From: Acidobacteriota bacterium
Lineage (GTDB): Bacteria > Acidobacteriota > Thermoanaerobaculia > Gp7-AA8
Reading direction: 5' to 3'
Length of the DNA: 64,000 bases
Assembly: GCA_021325515.1 (NCBI GenBank)
Contig: JAJPHC010000030.1
Span: 78,976-142,975 of the forward strand
A program made the translations under genes and the position numbers. This document shows, in pieces, positions 28,687 through 38,302 of this stretch. The notes beneath the pieces are model-generated. The model made no database searches. It had not been told where the DNA came from and worked only from the letters and a program-made list of their open reading frames with translations. Numbering within the stretch: the stretch's first letter is position 1; each line of letters begins with the position of its first letter.

Positions 28687-31248
28687 CTACTTCGCCAGAT
28701 AGCGCGCGAGGGCCGGAGCCTGCATCTCGCGATACGCGGTACAGATCTCGATCTGCTCCTTCGCCGCGCGGAGGCGCCTCTCCGCGCCCGGTGCGGAATG
28801 CGCGGCGAAAAACTCGTCGATCTCCTTCTCCGTCTTCGCGTCGCACGCCGCGGAGAGCCCGCCGACCGCCGACTCCAGTGCCCAGTACGGGAAGTGTTTC
28901 GACACCTCGCTCCACTTCGTCCGCATCCACTCCCATGTCGCGGCGCGCGTTGCGGGATTCTCGAGCAAAGCGCCGAGGTAGCGCGGCGAATCCTGCGAGC
29001 GGACCTCGCTGCCGGTCACGAACTCGAGCTCGCGATTCGCGAGCGCGGGATCGCGAAAGCCCATCAGCGCAAAGCTCCAGCGCGCATGGCCCTCGGGCGT
29101 CTTCGCCTTGCGCCGCGCCTCGACCATCCGCTCGAAGAGCGCCGCATCGCCATGACGCGCCGCGATGCGAATGGCGGCGCTGGCCATCGTCGGATCGAAC
29201 GCGCGCGGATCCTCCAGCAGCTTCGCCGTCATCTCCTTCGCCGTCGCGATCACCGCGGCATCTTCCGCGCCATTGCCGAGCATCGTCAGCACCGCGGCGC
29301 GCGCCTCGCGCTGTTCGTCACTCTCGTTCGCCTTCGGCGTCCAGCCGCCCTCCGGCAGCCATCGCTTCGCCGTGGCGCTCACCCACTGCCGCCATGCGGC
29401 GCGCTGCGCATCGCTCACGAGCTCGTTGCCGATCGACTCGATTCGCTCCGCGACCGCGACGATCTCGCTGCGCGAGGCGTTGGCCGGCAGTGCAGCGACC
29501 AGCGCGAGATCGTCTCCGATCTCGCGCCGCCGTGCACGGACGAGCATCCAGTCGTCGCCGAGGAGAGCGATGCGCTCCGGAGCGGAGAGTTGAGAGAGAT
29601 GCTCGCGCAGCCGGGCGAGATCGCCCTTCGAATACTGCGTGACGTAGAAGCCGGTGCCTTTGGCGTTCAGCAGGAGCGGCGAGCCGCAGCCCTGGAACGT
29701 GAACTTCTGTACAGGCTTGTCGATGAGGGTGCAGCGCTCGGTCAGGCTTCCGGTGCTCCTGACACAAACCGGAATCTGCCAGACCGCCGCCTGTCCATCC
29801 GGCGCACCCGCCATCAGGAAGCGCTCCTGCTTCACCTCGACGACCCGCGCATCCCGTTCGCAGGATTCGCTCGCGGTGATCACCGGAACGCCGGGCTGCG
29901 TCACGAACGACACCATCACGCGGTCGACGGGCTGCTTCACCGTCGCCGCCATCGTGTTCCAGAAGTCCTCGCCTGCCGCATTGCTCCACGAATACTTCTT
30001 CAGGTAGGCGCTGATGCCGTCGCGGAACGGGTCCTCTCCCACCCAGTGCTCAACCATCCGCAGCACCGCGGCCGTCTTGCCATACGCGATGCCGTCGAAC
30101 AGCTCGTTGATCTCGGAGCTCTTCGTGGCGTCGGTGCGGATCGCTCGCGTCGCACGCATCGAATCGATCTCGACCGAGTGCCTCGACGACGCAGCGTTGG
30201 CCGCGTCCTGATTCCAGTCGGGATGTGCGGCGGCCAGCGCCTTGGGCGTCATGAACGTGGCGAAGCCCTCGTTGAGCCAGATGTCGTTCCACCACTTCAT
30301 GGTCACGAGATCGCCGAACCACTGATGCGCGATCTCGTGTCCGATCGTCCCTCCGATACGCCGCTTCATCTCCGGCGATGCCGAGGGCGAGGCGAGCAGC
30401 GCGACTTCGCGATAGGTGATCGCGCCTGCGTTCTCCATCGCGCCTGCCTGAAAGTCGGGAATGCCGATGTTGTCGAGCTTCGCGAACGGATACCTGATGC
30501 CGTAGTAGGACTCGTAATAGCCGAGCGAGTCCTTTGCCGTCTGCACCGCCCACTGCGTCAGCGCCGCATTCTCCGGCGTCGCGCAGACGCGGATCGGCAC
30601 TCCGTTCTGTGCGCCATCCGTACATTGGAAGTCGCCAACCAGCATCGCGACGAGATACGTCGAGATGCGCGGCGTGGTGGCGAAGCGCACTTCGTGGCGG
30701 CCATCCGGCAGATTCGTATCCGACACCACCGGCATGTTCGAGATCGCGTTGTCGCCCTTCGGCACAACGATCGTGATGTCGAACACCGCCTTCATCGCCG
30801 GCTCGTCGAACGAAGGGAACGCGCGGCGCGCGTCCGTCGCCTCGAACTGCGTGACCGCGTATTTCCTCCGCGAAGTCGTGCTCAGGTAGAACCCGCGGAG
30901 CTGCTGTTTCAGCGTTCCATCGAAGGCGATGGAGATCGAGGCTTTGCCCGGGCCGGCCGGCGAGGCGAGATCGAGCGTGGCCGTCTCGGCCTTCGGATCC
31001 ATCGTCACCTTCGCCGCGATGCCGTTCACGCTCACATCATGCAGATCGAGCGTCAGCGCATTCAGCACGATCGACTGCACGCGCTCCTTCAGCTCGACGT
31101 CGATCGTCTCCTCTCCCTTGAACGATTCGTGCTCGAGATCCGGCTCCATCCGGATCGCGTAATGGACCGGCACGACATTGCCCGGCAGCCGCTGCGCGCC
31201 GGCCGTGGCTGCGAGGAGGAATGAGGCGAGGATCAGAATCTTCTTCAA
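28687..31248 (-). CDS. Secreted M1 family aminopeptidase (PepN/ERAP-like)
   Basis: AAGGAG then TTG start, signal peptide, GAMEN and HEIAHQWFG..WLNEG motifs. Confidence 0.93.
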   Translation of the reverse strand: MKKILILASFLLAATAGAQRLPGNVVPVHYAIRMEPDLEHESFKGEETIDVELKERVQSIVLNALTLDLHDVSVNGIAAKVTMDPKAETATLDLASPAGPGKASISIAFDGTLKQQLRGFYLSTTSRRKYAVTQFEATDARRAFPSFDEPAMKAVFDITIVVPKGDNAISNMPVVSDTNLPDGRHEVRFATTPRISTYLVAMLVGDFQCTDGAQNGVPIRVCATPENAALTQWAVQTAKDSLGYYESYYGIRYPFAKLDNIGIPDFQAGAMENAGAITYREVALLASPSASPEMKRRIGGTIGHEIAHQWFGDLVTMKWWNDIWLNEGFATFMTPKALAAAHPDWNQDAANAASSRHSVEIDSMRATRAIRTDATKSSEINELFDGIAYGKTAAVLRMVEHWVGEDPFRDGISAYLKKYSWSNAAGEDFWNTMAATVKQPVDRVMVSFVTQPGVPVITASESCERDARVVEVKQERFLMAGAPDGQAAVWQIPVCVRSTGSLTERCTLIDKPVQKFTFQGCGSPLLLNAKGTGFYVTQYSKGDLARLREHLSQLSAPERIALLGDDWMLVRARRREIGDDLALVAALPANASRSEIVAVAERIESIGNELVSDAQRAAWRQWVSATAKRWLPEGGWTPKANESDEQREARAAVLTMLGNGAEDAAVIATAKEMTAKLLEDPRAFDPTMASAAIRIAARHGDAALFERMVEARRKAKTPEGHARWSFALMGFRDPALANRELEFVTGSEVRSQDSPRYLGALLENPATRAATWEWMRTKWSEVSKHFPYWALESAVGGLSAACDAKTEKEIDEFFAAHSAPGAERRLRAAKEQIEICTAYREMQAPALARYLAK

Positions 31249-31859
31249 CGTGTCTCCTTCTGTTCGAGGATGAATGACGCCACCAGTTCGATCGCCGACT
31301 TCATGTGTTGTGCGTGGGTGAATCCCGACTGCTTGCGCGGCTTGAAGGAGTGATCGCCATCGGCGAGCCACTCGATGTGAATCGACTTCGACAGTTTGTA
31401 CTTCGCGACCTCCTCGGGAGTGCCGAAGGGATCGCGCTCGCCCTGCACGATGAGCGCCCGCGTCTGCAGCGATTCGAGATGCTTCGTGCGCGTCTTCTCC
31501 GGCGCGCCGGGCGGATGAAAGGGATAGCCGAGGCATGCCAGGCCGCGGACGGAGAGCTCGTCGGCGACCATGCTCGCCATGCGGCCGCCCATCGACTTGC
31601 CGCCGATGAAGACGTCGCTGCCCATCGTACGCACGACTTCACGCCAGCAGTCGAGCAGCACATCCTGACGATCCGGTGCACCTGCCTTTTTTCCCTCGCG
31701 GCGCGCAGCCATGTAGGGAAATTCGAACCGAACCACGCGAACGCCGCGCGCAGCGAGCCCGCGCGCGATGTCGTTCATCCACGCCGAATCCATCGCGCCG
31801 CCGGCGCCATGCGCGAGGATGAGAGCCGGTCCGTCATCAGGGCCGTCGATCAGAAACAT
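31245..31859 (-). CDS. Alpha/beta hydrolase (KANL3/Tex30-like)
   Basis: Motifs HGAG, GGKSMGGR, LGYPFHPPG and GDHS. Confidence 0.88.
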   Translation of the reverse strand: MFLIDGPDDGPALILAHGAGGAMDSAWMNDIARGLAARGVRVVRFEFPYMAARREGKKAGAPDRQDVLLDCWREVVRTMGSDVFIGGKSMGGRMASMVADELSVRGLACLGYPFHPPGAPEKTRTKHLESLQTRALIVQGERDPFGTPEEVAKYKLSKSIHIEWLADGDHSFKPRKQSGFTHAQHMKSAIELVASFILEQKETR

Positions 31860-31979
31860 GGAGCCGGCATTTTAGGGCAGGCCGCAGGCAGCAGAGCGCG
31901 CGGGAGGAAAAGGAACGATGACAGTTTTTCCTGCTGCCCGCTGCCTGAATCGGGCACAAGTTGAGCAACAACCACGGCC

Positions 31980-33986
31980 ATGATCTCCGGCTGGCGGCGG
32001 GGTGATCCAGAGGAAGCGCTCCTCAGACGCGAATGGCTCGTGACCAACGGTCTCGGCGGCTATGCGAGCGGCACGATCGGTGGTGCGTGCACGCGCCGCT
32101 TCCACGGCTTTCTCATCGCGGCAATGCCCGCGCCTCTCGGCCGCGTGATGATGTTCAATCACCTCGAAGAGCATCTCGTCATCAACGGAGAGACCACCTA
32201 CCGGCTGAGCGCGGACGAGCACAACACGCCGTCGCCGATCCGCTATCCGACGTCCGACATCCTCGAACAGCTCGTGCTCGAGAACGGGTTGCCCGTCTGG
32301 CACTACGCACGCGACGGCGTGCACATCGAGAAGCGCGTCGTGATGCCGCACCTGCAGAACACGACGTACATCATCTACAGACTCGTGACCGCGCCGCACG
32401 CAGTCACTCTCGAGCTGCGGCCCTCGCTGCACTTCCGCCCGCACGAAGGTCTTCTGACGGAGGAGGTTTCGCAGAAGTGGACGATCACGCCGCATGAGAA
32501 CGGAGTCGAGATCAGCGACGGCCGTCCCTACCCTCCACTCCGCCTCCAATTCCTGGGGCGCGGCGAGTTGCATCGCGAGCAGATCGTGCACAACGGCGTG
32601 ATCTATCGCATCGAGCGCGCCCGCGGCTATGAGTTCGAAGGCGGGCTGTGGAGTCCCGGCGTGATTCGCTTCACGATCGAGCCGGGGCATGAAGTGGGTC
32701 TGATCGCCTCCGTGGAACCGTGGGATGCGATTCGCGCCATGGACGCCGGCGATGCCTGCGTCGCCGAACACGCGCGTCGCGGCAAACTGAAGACGATCGC
32801 GAAGAGTGCGAACGGCGACGAGTTTCGCAGCCAGCTCGTGCTCGCCGCGGACCAGTTCCTCATCTCACCCCGCACGCGTGCCGCCGATGAAGCGCGCGCG
32901 CACGCCACGGGCGACGACCCGCGGACGGTGATCGCCGGCTATCACTGGTTCACCGACTGGGGCCGCGACACGATGATCAGCCTCGAGGGACTCACGCTCG
33001 TCACGGGACGCCATCGCGAAGCCGGCAACATCCTCCGCACGTTCGCCTCCTACATCCGCGACGGCCTCATTCCCAACATGTTCCCCGAAGGTGAGCATGA
33101 AGGTCTGTACCACACCGCCGACGCCACGATGTGGTTCTTCCACGCCGTGGCGCGCTACATCCGCTACACGAACGACCGCGACACACTGCGGCAACTCCTG
33201 CCGAAGATGGTCGAGATCATCGACCATCACATTCGCGGCACGCGCTTCAACATCCATGTCGATCCCGAGGATGGGCTGCTGTCGCAGGGGGCGGAGGGAT
33301 ATCAACTGACGTGGATGGATGCGAAGGTCGGCGACTGGGTCGTCACGCCGCGGCGCGGCAAGGCGGTGGAGATCAACGCGCTGTATTACAACGCCCTCTG
33401 CATCCTGGAGGGGTTTCTGCGCGAGGAGGGCGATGAGGCCAACGCCGCACGCATGCAGCAATACGCGGCGAAGGCCCGCGCGTCGTTCAATCAGCGCTTC
33501 TGGAACGAAGAAGGTCAATATCTTTACGATGTGGTCGATCCGAACGACCCCGCCTGCCGTCCCAATCAGATCTTCGCCATCTCACTCGACCATCCCGTGC
33601 TGAATGAATCGAGGTGGAAGCGCGTGATCGGCGTCGTCGAGGAGCGGCTGCTCACGCCGTACGGGCTTCGCTCGCTGAGCCGCGATCATCCCGATTACAA
33701 GAAGGCCTACGACGGCGATCTGCGCGCCCGCGATGCGGCGTATCACCAGGGGACGGTGTGGGGCTGGCTCATCGGCCCCTTCATCGATGCCTGGCGGAAG
33801 GTGCATCCCGGCGAGGATGCGAGCCGGTTTCTCGCAGCATTTCCGAAGCATATGGAAGAAGCCTGCATCGGCACGATCGCCGAGATCTTCGACGCCGAGC
33901 CGCCGTATCACCCCAGAGGATGCGCAGCGCAGGCGTGGAGTGTGGCGGAAGTGTTGCGGTGTGCTGGTGAGTCGGTCACGCGGTAG
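31980..33986 (+). CDS. Glycogen debranching enzyme (amylo-alpha-1,6-glucosidase family)
   Basis: Motifs EWLVTNGLGGYA, IAGYHWFTDWGRD, LTWMDAKV and QAWSVAE. Confidence 0.92.
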   Translation: MISGWRRGDPEEALLRREWLVTNGLGGYASGTIGGACTRRFHGFLIAAMPAPLGRVMMFNHLEEHLVINGETTYRLSADEHNTPSPIRYPTSDILEQLVLENGLPVWHYARDGVHIEKRVVMPHLQNTTYIIYRLVTAPHAVTLELRPSLHFRPHEGLLTEEVSQKWTITPHENGVEISDGRPYPPLRLQFLGRGELHREQIVHNGVIYRIERARGYEFEGGLWSPGVIRFTIEPGHEVGLIASVEPWDAIRAMDAGDACVAEHARRGKLKTIAKSANGDEFRSQLVLAADQFLISPRTRAADEARAHATGDDPRTVIAGYHWFTDWGRDTMISLEGLTLVTGRHREAGNILRTFASYIRDGLIPNMFPEGEHEGLYHTADATMWFFHAVARYIRYTNDRDTLRQLLPKMVEIIDHHIRGTRFNIHVDPEDGLLSQGAEGYQLTWMDAKVGDWVVTPRRGKAVEINALYYNALCILEGFLREEGDEANAARMQQYAAKARASFNQRFWNEEGQYLYDVVDPNDPACRPNQIFAISLDHPVLNESRWKRVIGVVEERLLTPYGLRSLSRDHPDYKKAYDGDLRARDAAYHQGTVWGWLIGPFIDAWRKVHPGEDASRFLAAFPKHMEEACIGTIAEIFDAEPPYHPRGCAAQAWSVAEVLRCAGESVTR

Positions 33987-34098
33987 CGCGGGCCCGCGGG
34001 CTCGCGGTGGAAACGGCGACGAAGAACTCGAAATCGCTTAAACCGCGTACCCGCGTAACCGCGAGCCCGCGCAACCACCTACGAGCCCGCGCAACCAC
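33987..34098. repeat. Inverted tandem 8-mer element (CCGCGAGC family)
   Basis: gcgggcccgcgggctcgcgg followed by ccgcgtac/ccgcgtaa/ccgcgagc/ccgcgcaa units. Lies between convergent genes. Confidence 0.7.
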
Positions 34099-34099
34099 A

Positions 34100-34462
34100 T
34101 TACTTCTTCTCCGCCGCCCACTTCATCCAGAGATCGGTGATGTCGAAGTAGACCGTGTGCTGCGAATGATCCGGCAGCTCGACGGTGATGATGTCGTAGT
34201 GGCGGTCGTTCTGATGAGCGACGGCGAACTTCAGGCGCCGGAAACGGCCGAAGCGGTCGTAGATCCAGTTGTTCTCGAACTTGACTTCGTCCCCTTCCAC
34301 GGGAACCGGGACGGCGGTCGTCGTGGAATCGCCGTACGTATCCTTCAGCGCTTCGGCGGAGACGGCCGGAGGTGCAGCGGCTGGTTGGGGCTTCGGCGCC
34401 GGAGCCGGTTTCGGCGTGGCGCAGGCGATGGTGAGGAGGATGAGGATCAGAGCGCGCTTCAT
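34100..34462 (-). CDS. Hypothetical lipoprotein
   Basis: AAGGA RBS, lipobox in MKRALILILLTIAC and a Pro-rich linker. Confidence 0.75.
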   Translation of the reverse strand: MKRALILILLTIACATPKPAPAPKPQPAAAPPAVSAEALKDTYGDSTTTAVPVPVEGDEVKFENNWIYDRFGRFRRLKFAVAHQNDRHYDIITVELPDHSQHTVYFDITDLWMKWAAEKK

Positions 34463-34506
34463 GGTTGTCCTTCTCAGTGTAACGCGCGAGCTGCACGAGG
34501 TGAGCA

Positions 34507-35505
34507 CTAGGCGAGATCCTCGTACAGGCGCAGATAGGTCTCGTATCTCGCGGCATTGATTTCCCGCCGCTCCAGCCGTTCCTTCACCTCGCAATCCGGC
34601 TCGTGGACGTGCGTGCAGTCGGTGAACCTGCAGTACTCCGCGGGCTCCTCGAACTCCGGGAAGTAGTCGCGCAGCGACGCGCGATCGAGATCCCACAATC
34701 CGAACTCGCGGATGCCGGGCGTGTCGATGAGATACGTCCCGCCGCCGAAGTCATACAGCGTCGATGCCGTCGTCGTATGCCGTCCGGTACCCCGCCGGTG
34801 CAGCGTGTTCGTCGCGAGCTGCAGGCGCTGATCGATCGCGTTGAGAATCGACGACTTCCCCACCCCGCTATGTCCCACCAGCGCCGTCGTCATCCCCTCT
34901 GCCTCGGCCCGCAGTGCGTCGAGACCCTCTCCCGTCCGGGTCGAGCAGGCGATGACAGGAACCTCCAGCGCGCGATAAACGTCGAGCCGCGCAAGCTCTT
35001 CGCGCCGGTCCTCGTCATCGAGGAGATCGATCTTGTTCACGCAGATCACCGGCCGCGCGCCGCCGCGCATGATCGCGATGAGGTAGCGGTCGATGAGCCG
35101 CGGCCGCAACGGCGGCGCCTTGACCGACACGACGTGCACGACGACGTCGATGTTCGCGGCGATGAGGCGCTGCATGTGCGGGCGCAGCGGATCGGGCCGC
35201 GCCAGCGCGCTGCGGCGCGGCAGGATCGACTCCAGCCGCCACGCGCCGGCCTCGCCCGCGACCACGATGCGGTCGCCGACGGCGAGCATGCTCTTCTGCT
35301 TCACGGCGATGCCGGAGGGAACGACGACGTCGATCTCCTCCCCGCGATACACCGCGCGGCAGCGCGCGCTGCCGACATAGATCACGATCGCCGTCTCGCC
35401 GCGGGGTGCATCCACAGCTCCGCCGGGGGCGAGGAGCTCGTCCCAGCTTCCCTCCGGCCGCTCATGCTGATGCCGGAGCTCTCCGCTCTTTCTGCCTCTT
35501 TTCAT
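34507..35505 (-). CDS. rsgA: Ribosome small subunit-dependent GTPase A
   Basis: Circularly permuted GTPase motifs NKID, GHSGVGKS and DTPG, plus Zn motif CRFTDCTH..C. Confidence 0.93.
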   Translation of the reverse strand: MKRGRKSGELRHQHERPEGSWDELLAPGGAVDAPRGETAIVIYVGSARCRAVYRGEEIDVVVPSGIAVKQKSMLAVGDRIVVAGEAGAWRLESILPRRSALARPDPLRPHMQRLIAANIDVVVHVVSVKAPPLRPRLIDRYLIAIMRGGARPVICVNKIDLLDDEDRREELARLDVYRALEVPVIACSTRTGEGLDALRAEAEGMTTALVGHSGVGKSSILNAIDQRLQLATNTLHRRGTGRHTTTASTLYDFGGGTYLIDTPGIREFGLWDLDRASLRDYFPEFEEPAEYCRFTDCTHVHEPDCEVKERLERREINAARYETYLRLYEDLA

Positions 35506-35546
35506 CTGGAAAAATTCTTCTGTGTAGAATACCGTCCGTTCAATTC

Positions 35547-36002
35547 ATGACAACGAACGAGAAACCCGTCGTCCTTCTCATCGACGATAACGAGGCGACC
35601 TGCACGCTCATTACGGCCGTGTTGCAGCGCGAGTTCGTAACGGATGCCGTACCTGACGGGGCCGACGCGATCGAACGGCTGAAGACGAGGCGGTATGCGG
35701 CGATTCTGCTCGACCTCCGCATGCCGAACATCGACGGGTACGCCGTGCTCGAGCATCTGAAGAGCACGCGTCCGGATCTGCTTCCATCCGTCCTCGTCGT
35801 CACCGCCTCCCTCACGCAGCGAGAGTTGTCGCGCGTGCATGGCTACGATGTACACGGCATCGTCGCGAAGCCGTTCGACGTCGAGGAACTGCTCGCCGCG
35901 GTCAAGCGCTGCGCGAACCCCGCACCGCCTCCCGGCGGTGCGATTCTCAACGGCGCGATGCTGCTGTTTCTCGCGGATCTCATTCAGAAGCGATTGATGT
36001 AG
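35547..36002 (+). CDS. Single-domain response regulator
   Basis: Motifs LLIDD, LLDLRMP, VTA and KPF. Confidence 0.88.
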   Translation: MTTNEKPVVLLIDDNEATCTLITAVLQREFVTDAVPDGADAIERLKTRRYAAILLDLRMPNIDGYAVLEHLKSTRPDLLPSVLVVTASLTQRELSRVHGYDVHGIVAKPFDVEELLAAVKRCANPAPPPGGAILNGAMLLFLADLIQKRLM

Positions 36003-36028
36003 CGGAGCGGAGACATCCGCGCTCCTTC

Positions 36029-36457
36029 TCACATCTTCGCCAGCATCGCGATCAACGGGCCGCCCGCGATCATCGATGCGATGGCCATTGCGCCCAGCGG
36101 GCCGCGCCCGCGGATCTCAACGCAGGCGCGCACCAGCGTCGCGACATCGCGCGGATCGAACGGCTTGCGGATGATGCCGTGCACCAGCCTCGCGTCGAGC
36201 TCGTTCACCATCGACTGATCAGCGCCCGTCACCACCAGCACGACCGGCGAATCCTTGCGAACGGCTTCCAGGAGCTGGAAGCCGTTCATGGCCGGCATCA
36301 TCAGATCCATCAGCATCACCGCGTAGCGGTTCGCATTCAGAAGCTCGAGCGCGTCCAGACCATTTTCCGCGGTGTCGGCTTCGATGCCTTCCTGCGCGAG
36401 AGTCGAACGGAGCAGCCCACGGATCTCTGCATCGTCATCGACGATGAGCACACGCAT
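36029..36457 (-). CDS. Single-domain response regulator
   Basis: Motifs LIVDD, MDLMMP, VTG and KPF. Coupled to the upstream gene by a TGATG overlap. Confidence 0.88.
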   Translation of the reverse strand: MRVLIVDDDAEIRGLLRSTLAQEGIEADTAENGLDALELLNANRYAVMLMDLMMPAMNGFQLLEAVRKDSPVVLVVTGADQSMVNELDARLVHGIIRKPFDPRDVATLVRACVEIRGRGPLGAMAIASMIAGGPLIAMLAKM

Positions 36458-38151
36458 CACCGTACCCCCTCCGGGAAGGGAATGATGGGATCGACGTCGA
36501 CCGGCAGGTCCTTCGCCGCTTCGAGCGCCCCCTTCAACTCCTCCGGCATCCTGTCGTACTTCGCAAACCACGCCTCGGCCCGCGCGCGGTCGCCCGCGGC
36601 CTCGATCTCCAGCAGCTCTTTCGTCAGCGCGGCGATCGAGTCCGGCATCTTCTCGAGCGCCATTTCATATCGCCCGCTGCTGTTGCGCGTGATCGCGCCC
36701 CGTTCACGCAGGAAGTTGAACTCCATCATCTCTGCGCGGCCATGCGCCTCGCCGACGCCAAAGCGAACCGTGCGGAAGATGCCGGCAACGTACGACGCGT
36801 AGTACTCGTTGAGGCGCTCCTGCGGCAGCGCGCCATGCTCGACGAGCCACTTCAGACCGTACATGCCGGTGATGTCGGCCTTGGCCTCTTCCAGCGCGGA
36901 GTAGATCGGGCCGACGGCGGCGCGAATGTCAACCTGTTGACCATTCTGGCGCGCGAAAGCCGGGCCCAGCCCGTGACAGATCTCGTGCATCATCACCACG
37001 GTCAGCGTCCCCTCGGCCGACGCCATCGCGGCCTGGTCCTGCCGCATCACCCGCTTCGCGACGGGCAAGATCACATCGTTCACGCGCGCATCCATGTAGT
37101 TCTTGAAGAAGATCTTCTTGCTGCCCGCCTGCTGGTGGATCTTCGGATCATTCGGCAGATTGTCGGCAACCGCCTGGTAGCCGTGCCGCAGATCGCCGGC
37201 GCGGAACGGCGTATCCATCACTTCCATCGGCGACGCGTGGCCATGTTTCGACGGCCGGTCCTCGGCGGGCAGCGGAAGCGCGTCCTGAATGTCCGGAACG
37301 TACTTCTGAAACACGGCGAGCTTCCGGCTCTCCGGCTCGTTGCGGATCATCACCGCCGCGCCGTACGAGGTCTTCACGCCGAGGAGGCCGTCGAGGTAGG
37401 TTTCGTAGGGAGCGAAGATGACATCGATCTTCGGGTCTTTCATCTCCGCGACCCACACCAGATCGCTCGGATAGTAGTTGTCGTCGAGCAGCGCCTTGGC
37501 GCGGAGGCGGAGGAACCTGGCGAACGTCCTGTCCGGCGTGGCCGCAGCGGCGTTGCGCAAGTGCGAGGCCGCGCTGACGAGCCACTTGTGGTACTTCACG
37601 TGATAGGGCGTCGTCTTGAGCTTCAGCGGATCGCGGCTCACTAGTTCGACGACGGTGCGTTCGTCGTAGATCGCCTTCTTCTGTTCCGGATGTGCGGCGA
37701 CGTACTTCTCGATGTCCTCGCGGGTGAGCCCTTCGGGATAGAGGCTGCGGCCGGGCGGCATCGGCTCGCTGCCGTAGAACGGGCGATTCTCGTCGATCTG
37801 ATCGTAGTGGCTGCCCTGAATCCAGAGGTAGTGGTGCAGCGCCGGGTTAGCCTTGGCCGTCGCGTGATAGAGCTCGATGTCCGAGGGGGTCGCCTGCCGC
37901 CAGTAGATCTCTTCCAGATCGCGGCTTGCGGCAATCAGCTCCTGAACGGCCTTCCGTTCACCGGCAGAAAGATCGGAGCCGGTGAAGGTCATCTCCACCT
38001 TCTGAAACTTCTGCAGACGTTGTTCGATGTCGGGAGCAACCTTCGACGGATCGTAAGGCGCCGCGGCGAGCAGCAGGACCGCTGATAGGGCGAGAAGGCC
38101 AAATTGAAACTTGAACATTGAAAATTGAAAATTGGCCAGCGACTTCTTCAT
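36457..38151 (-). CDS. Secreted Zn-dependent hydrolase, peptidase M49 (DPP III)-like
   Basis: Motifs NLPND, HEICHGLGP and LEEAKAD; signal peptide. Confidence 0.85.
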   Translation of the reverse strand: MKKSLANFQFSMFKFQFGLLALSAVLLLAAAPYDPSKVAPDIEQRLQKFQKVEMTFTGSDLSAGERKAVQELIAASRDLEEIYWRQATPSDIELYHATAKANPALHHYLWIQGSHYDQIDENRPFYGSEPMPPGRSLYPEGLTREDIEKYVAAHPEQKKAIYDERTVVELVSRDPLKLKTTPYHVKYHKWLVSAASHLRNAAAATPDRTFARFLRLRAKALLDDNYYPSDLVWVAEMKDPKIDVIFAPYETYLDGLLGVKTSYGAAVMIRNEPESRKLAVFQKYVPDIQDALPLPAEDRPSKHGHASPMEVMDTPFRAGDLRHGYQAVADNLPNDPKIHQQAGSKKIFFKNYMDARVNDVILPVAKRVMRQDQAAMASAEGTLTVVMMHEICHGLGPAFARQNGQQVDIRAAVGPIYSALEEAKADITGMYGLKWLVEHGALPQERLNEYYASYVAGIFRTVRFGVGEAHGRAEMMEFNFLRERGAITRNSSGRYEMALEKMPDSIAALTKELLEIEAAGDRARAEAWFAKYDRMPEELKGALEAAKDLPVDVDPIIPFPEGVR

Positions 38152-38302
38152 GCGCGAGATTGTAGTCCGCACACTGGCATTTTCAATTTTGCTCCACGCT
38201 CGTGCTCGCTAGTGCGAAATTGAAAATTGAAAATTGAAAATTGAAAACGAAAGGCGGATCTTGCTTCGTTTTTCAATTTTCAATTTTCAATTTTCAATTT
38301 CG
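38101..38302. repeat. AT-rich heptamer (AAATTGA)n/(TCAATTT)n arrays, including a 4+4 unit hairpin at 38215-38302
   Basis: Directly visible in a roughly 65% GC background. Confidence 0.9.
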
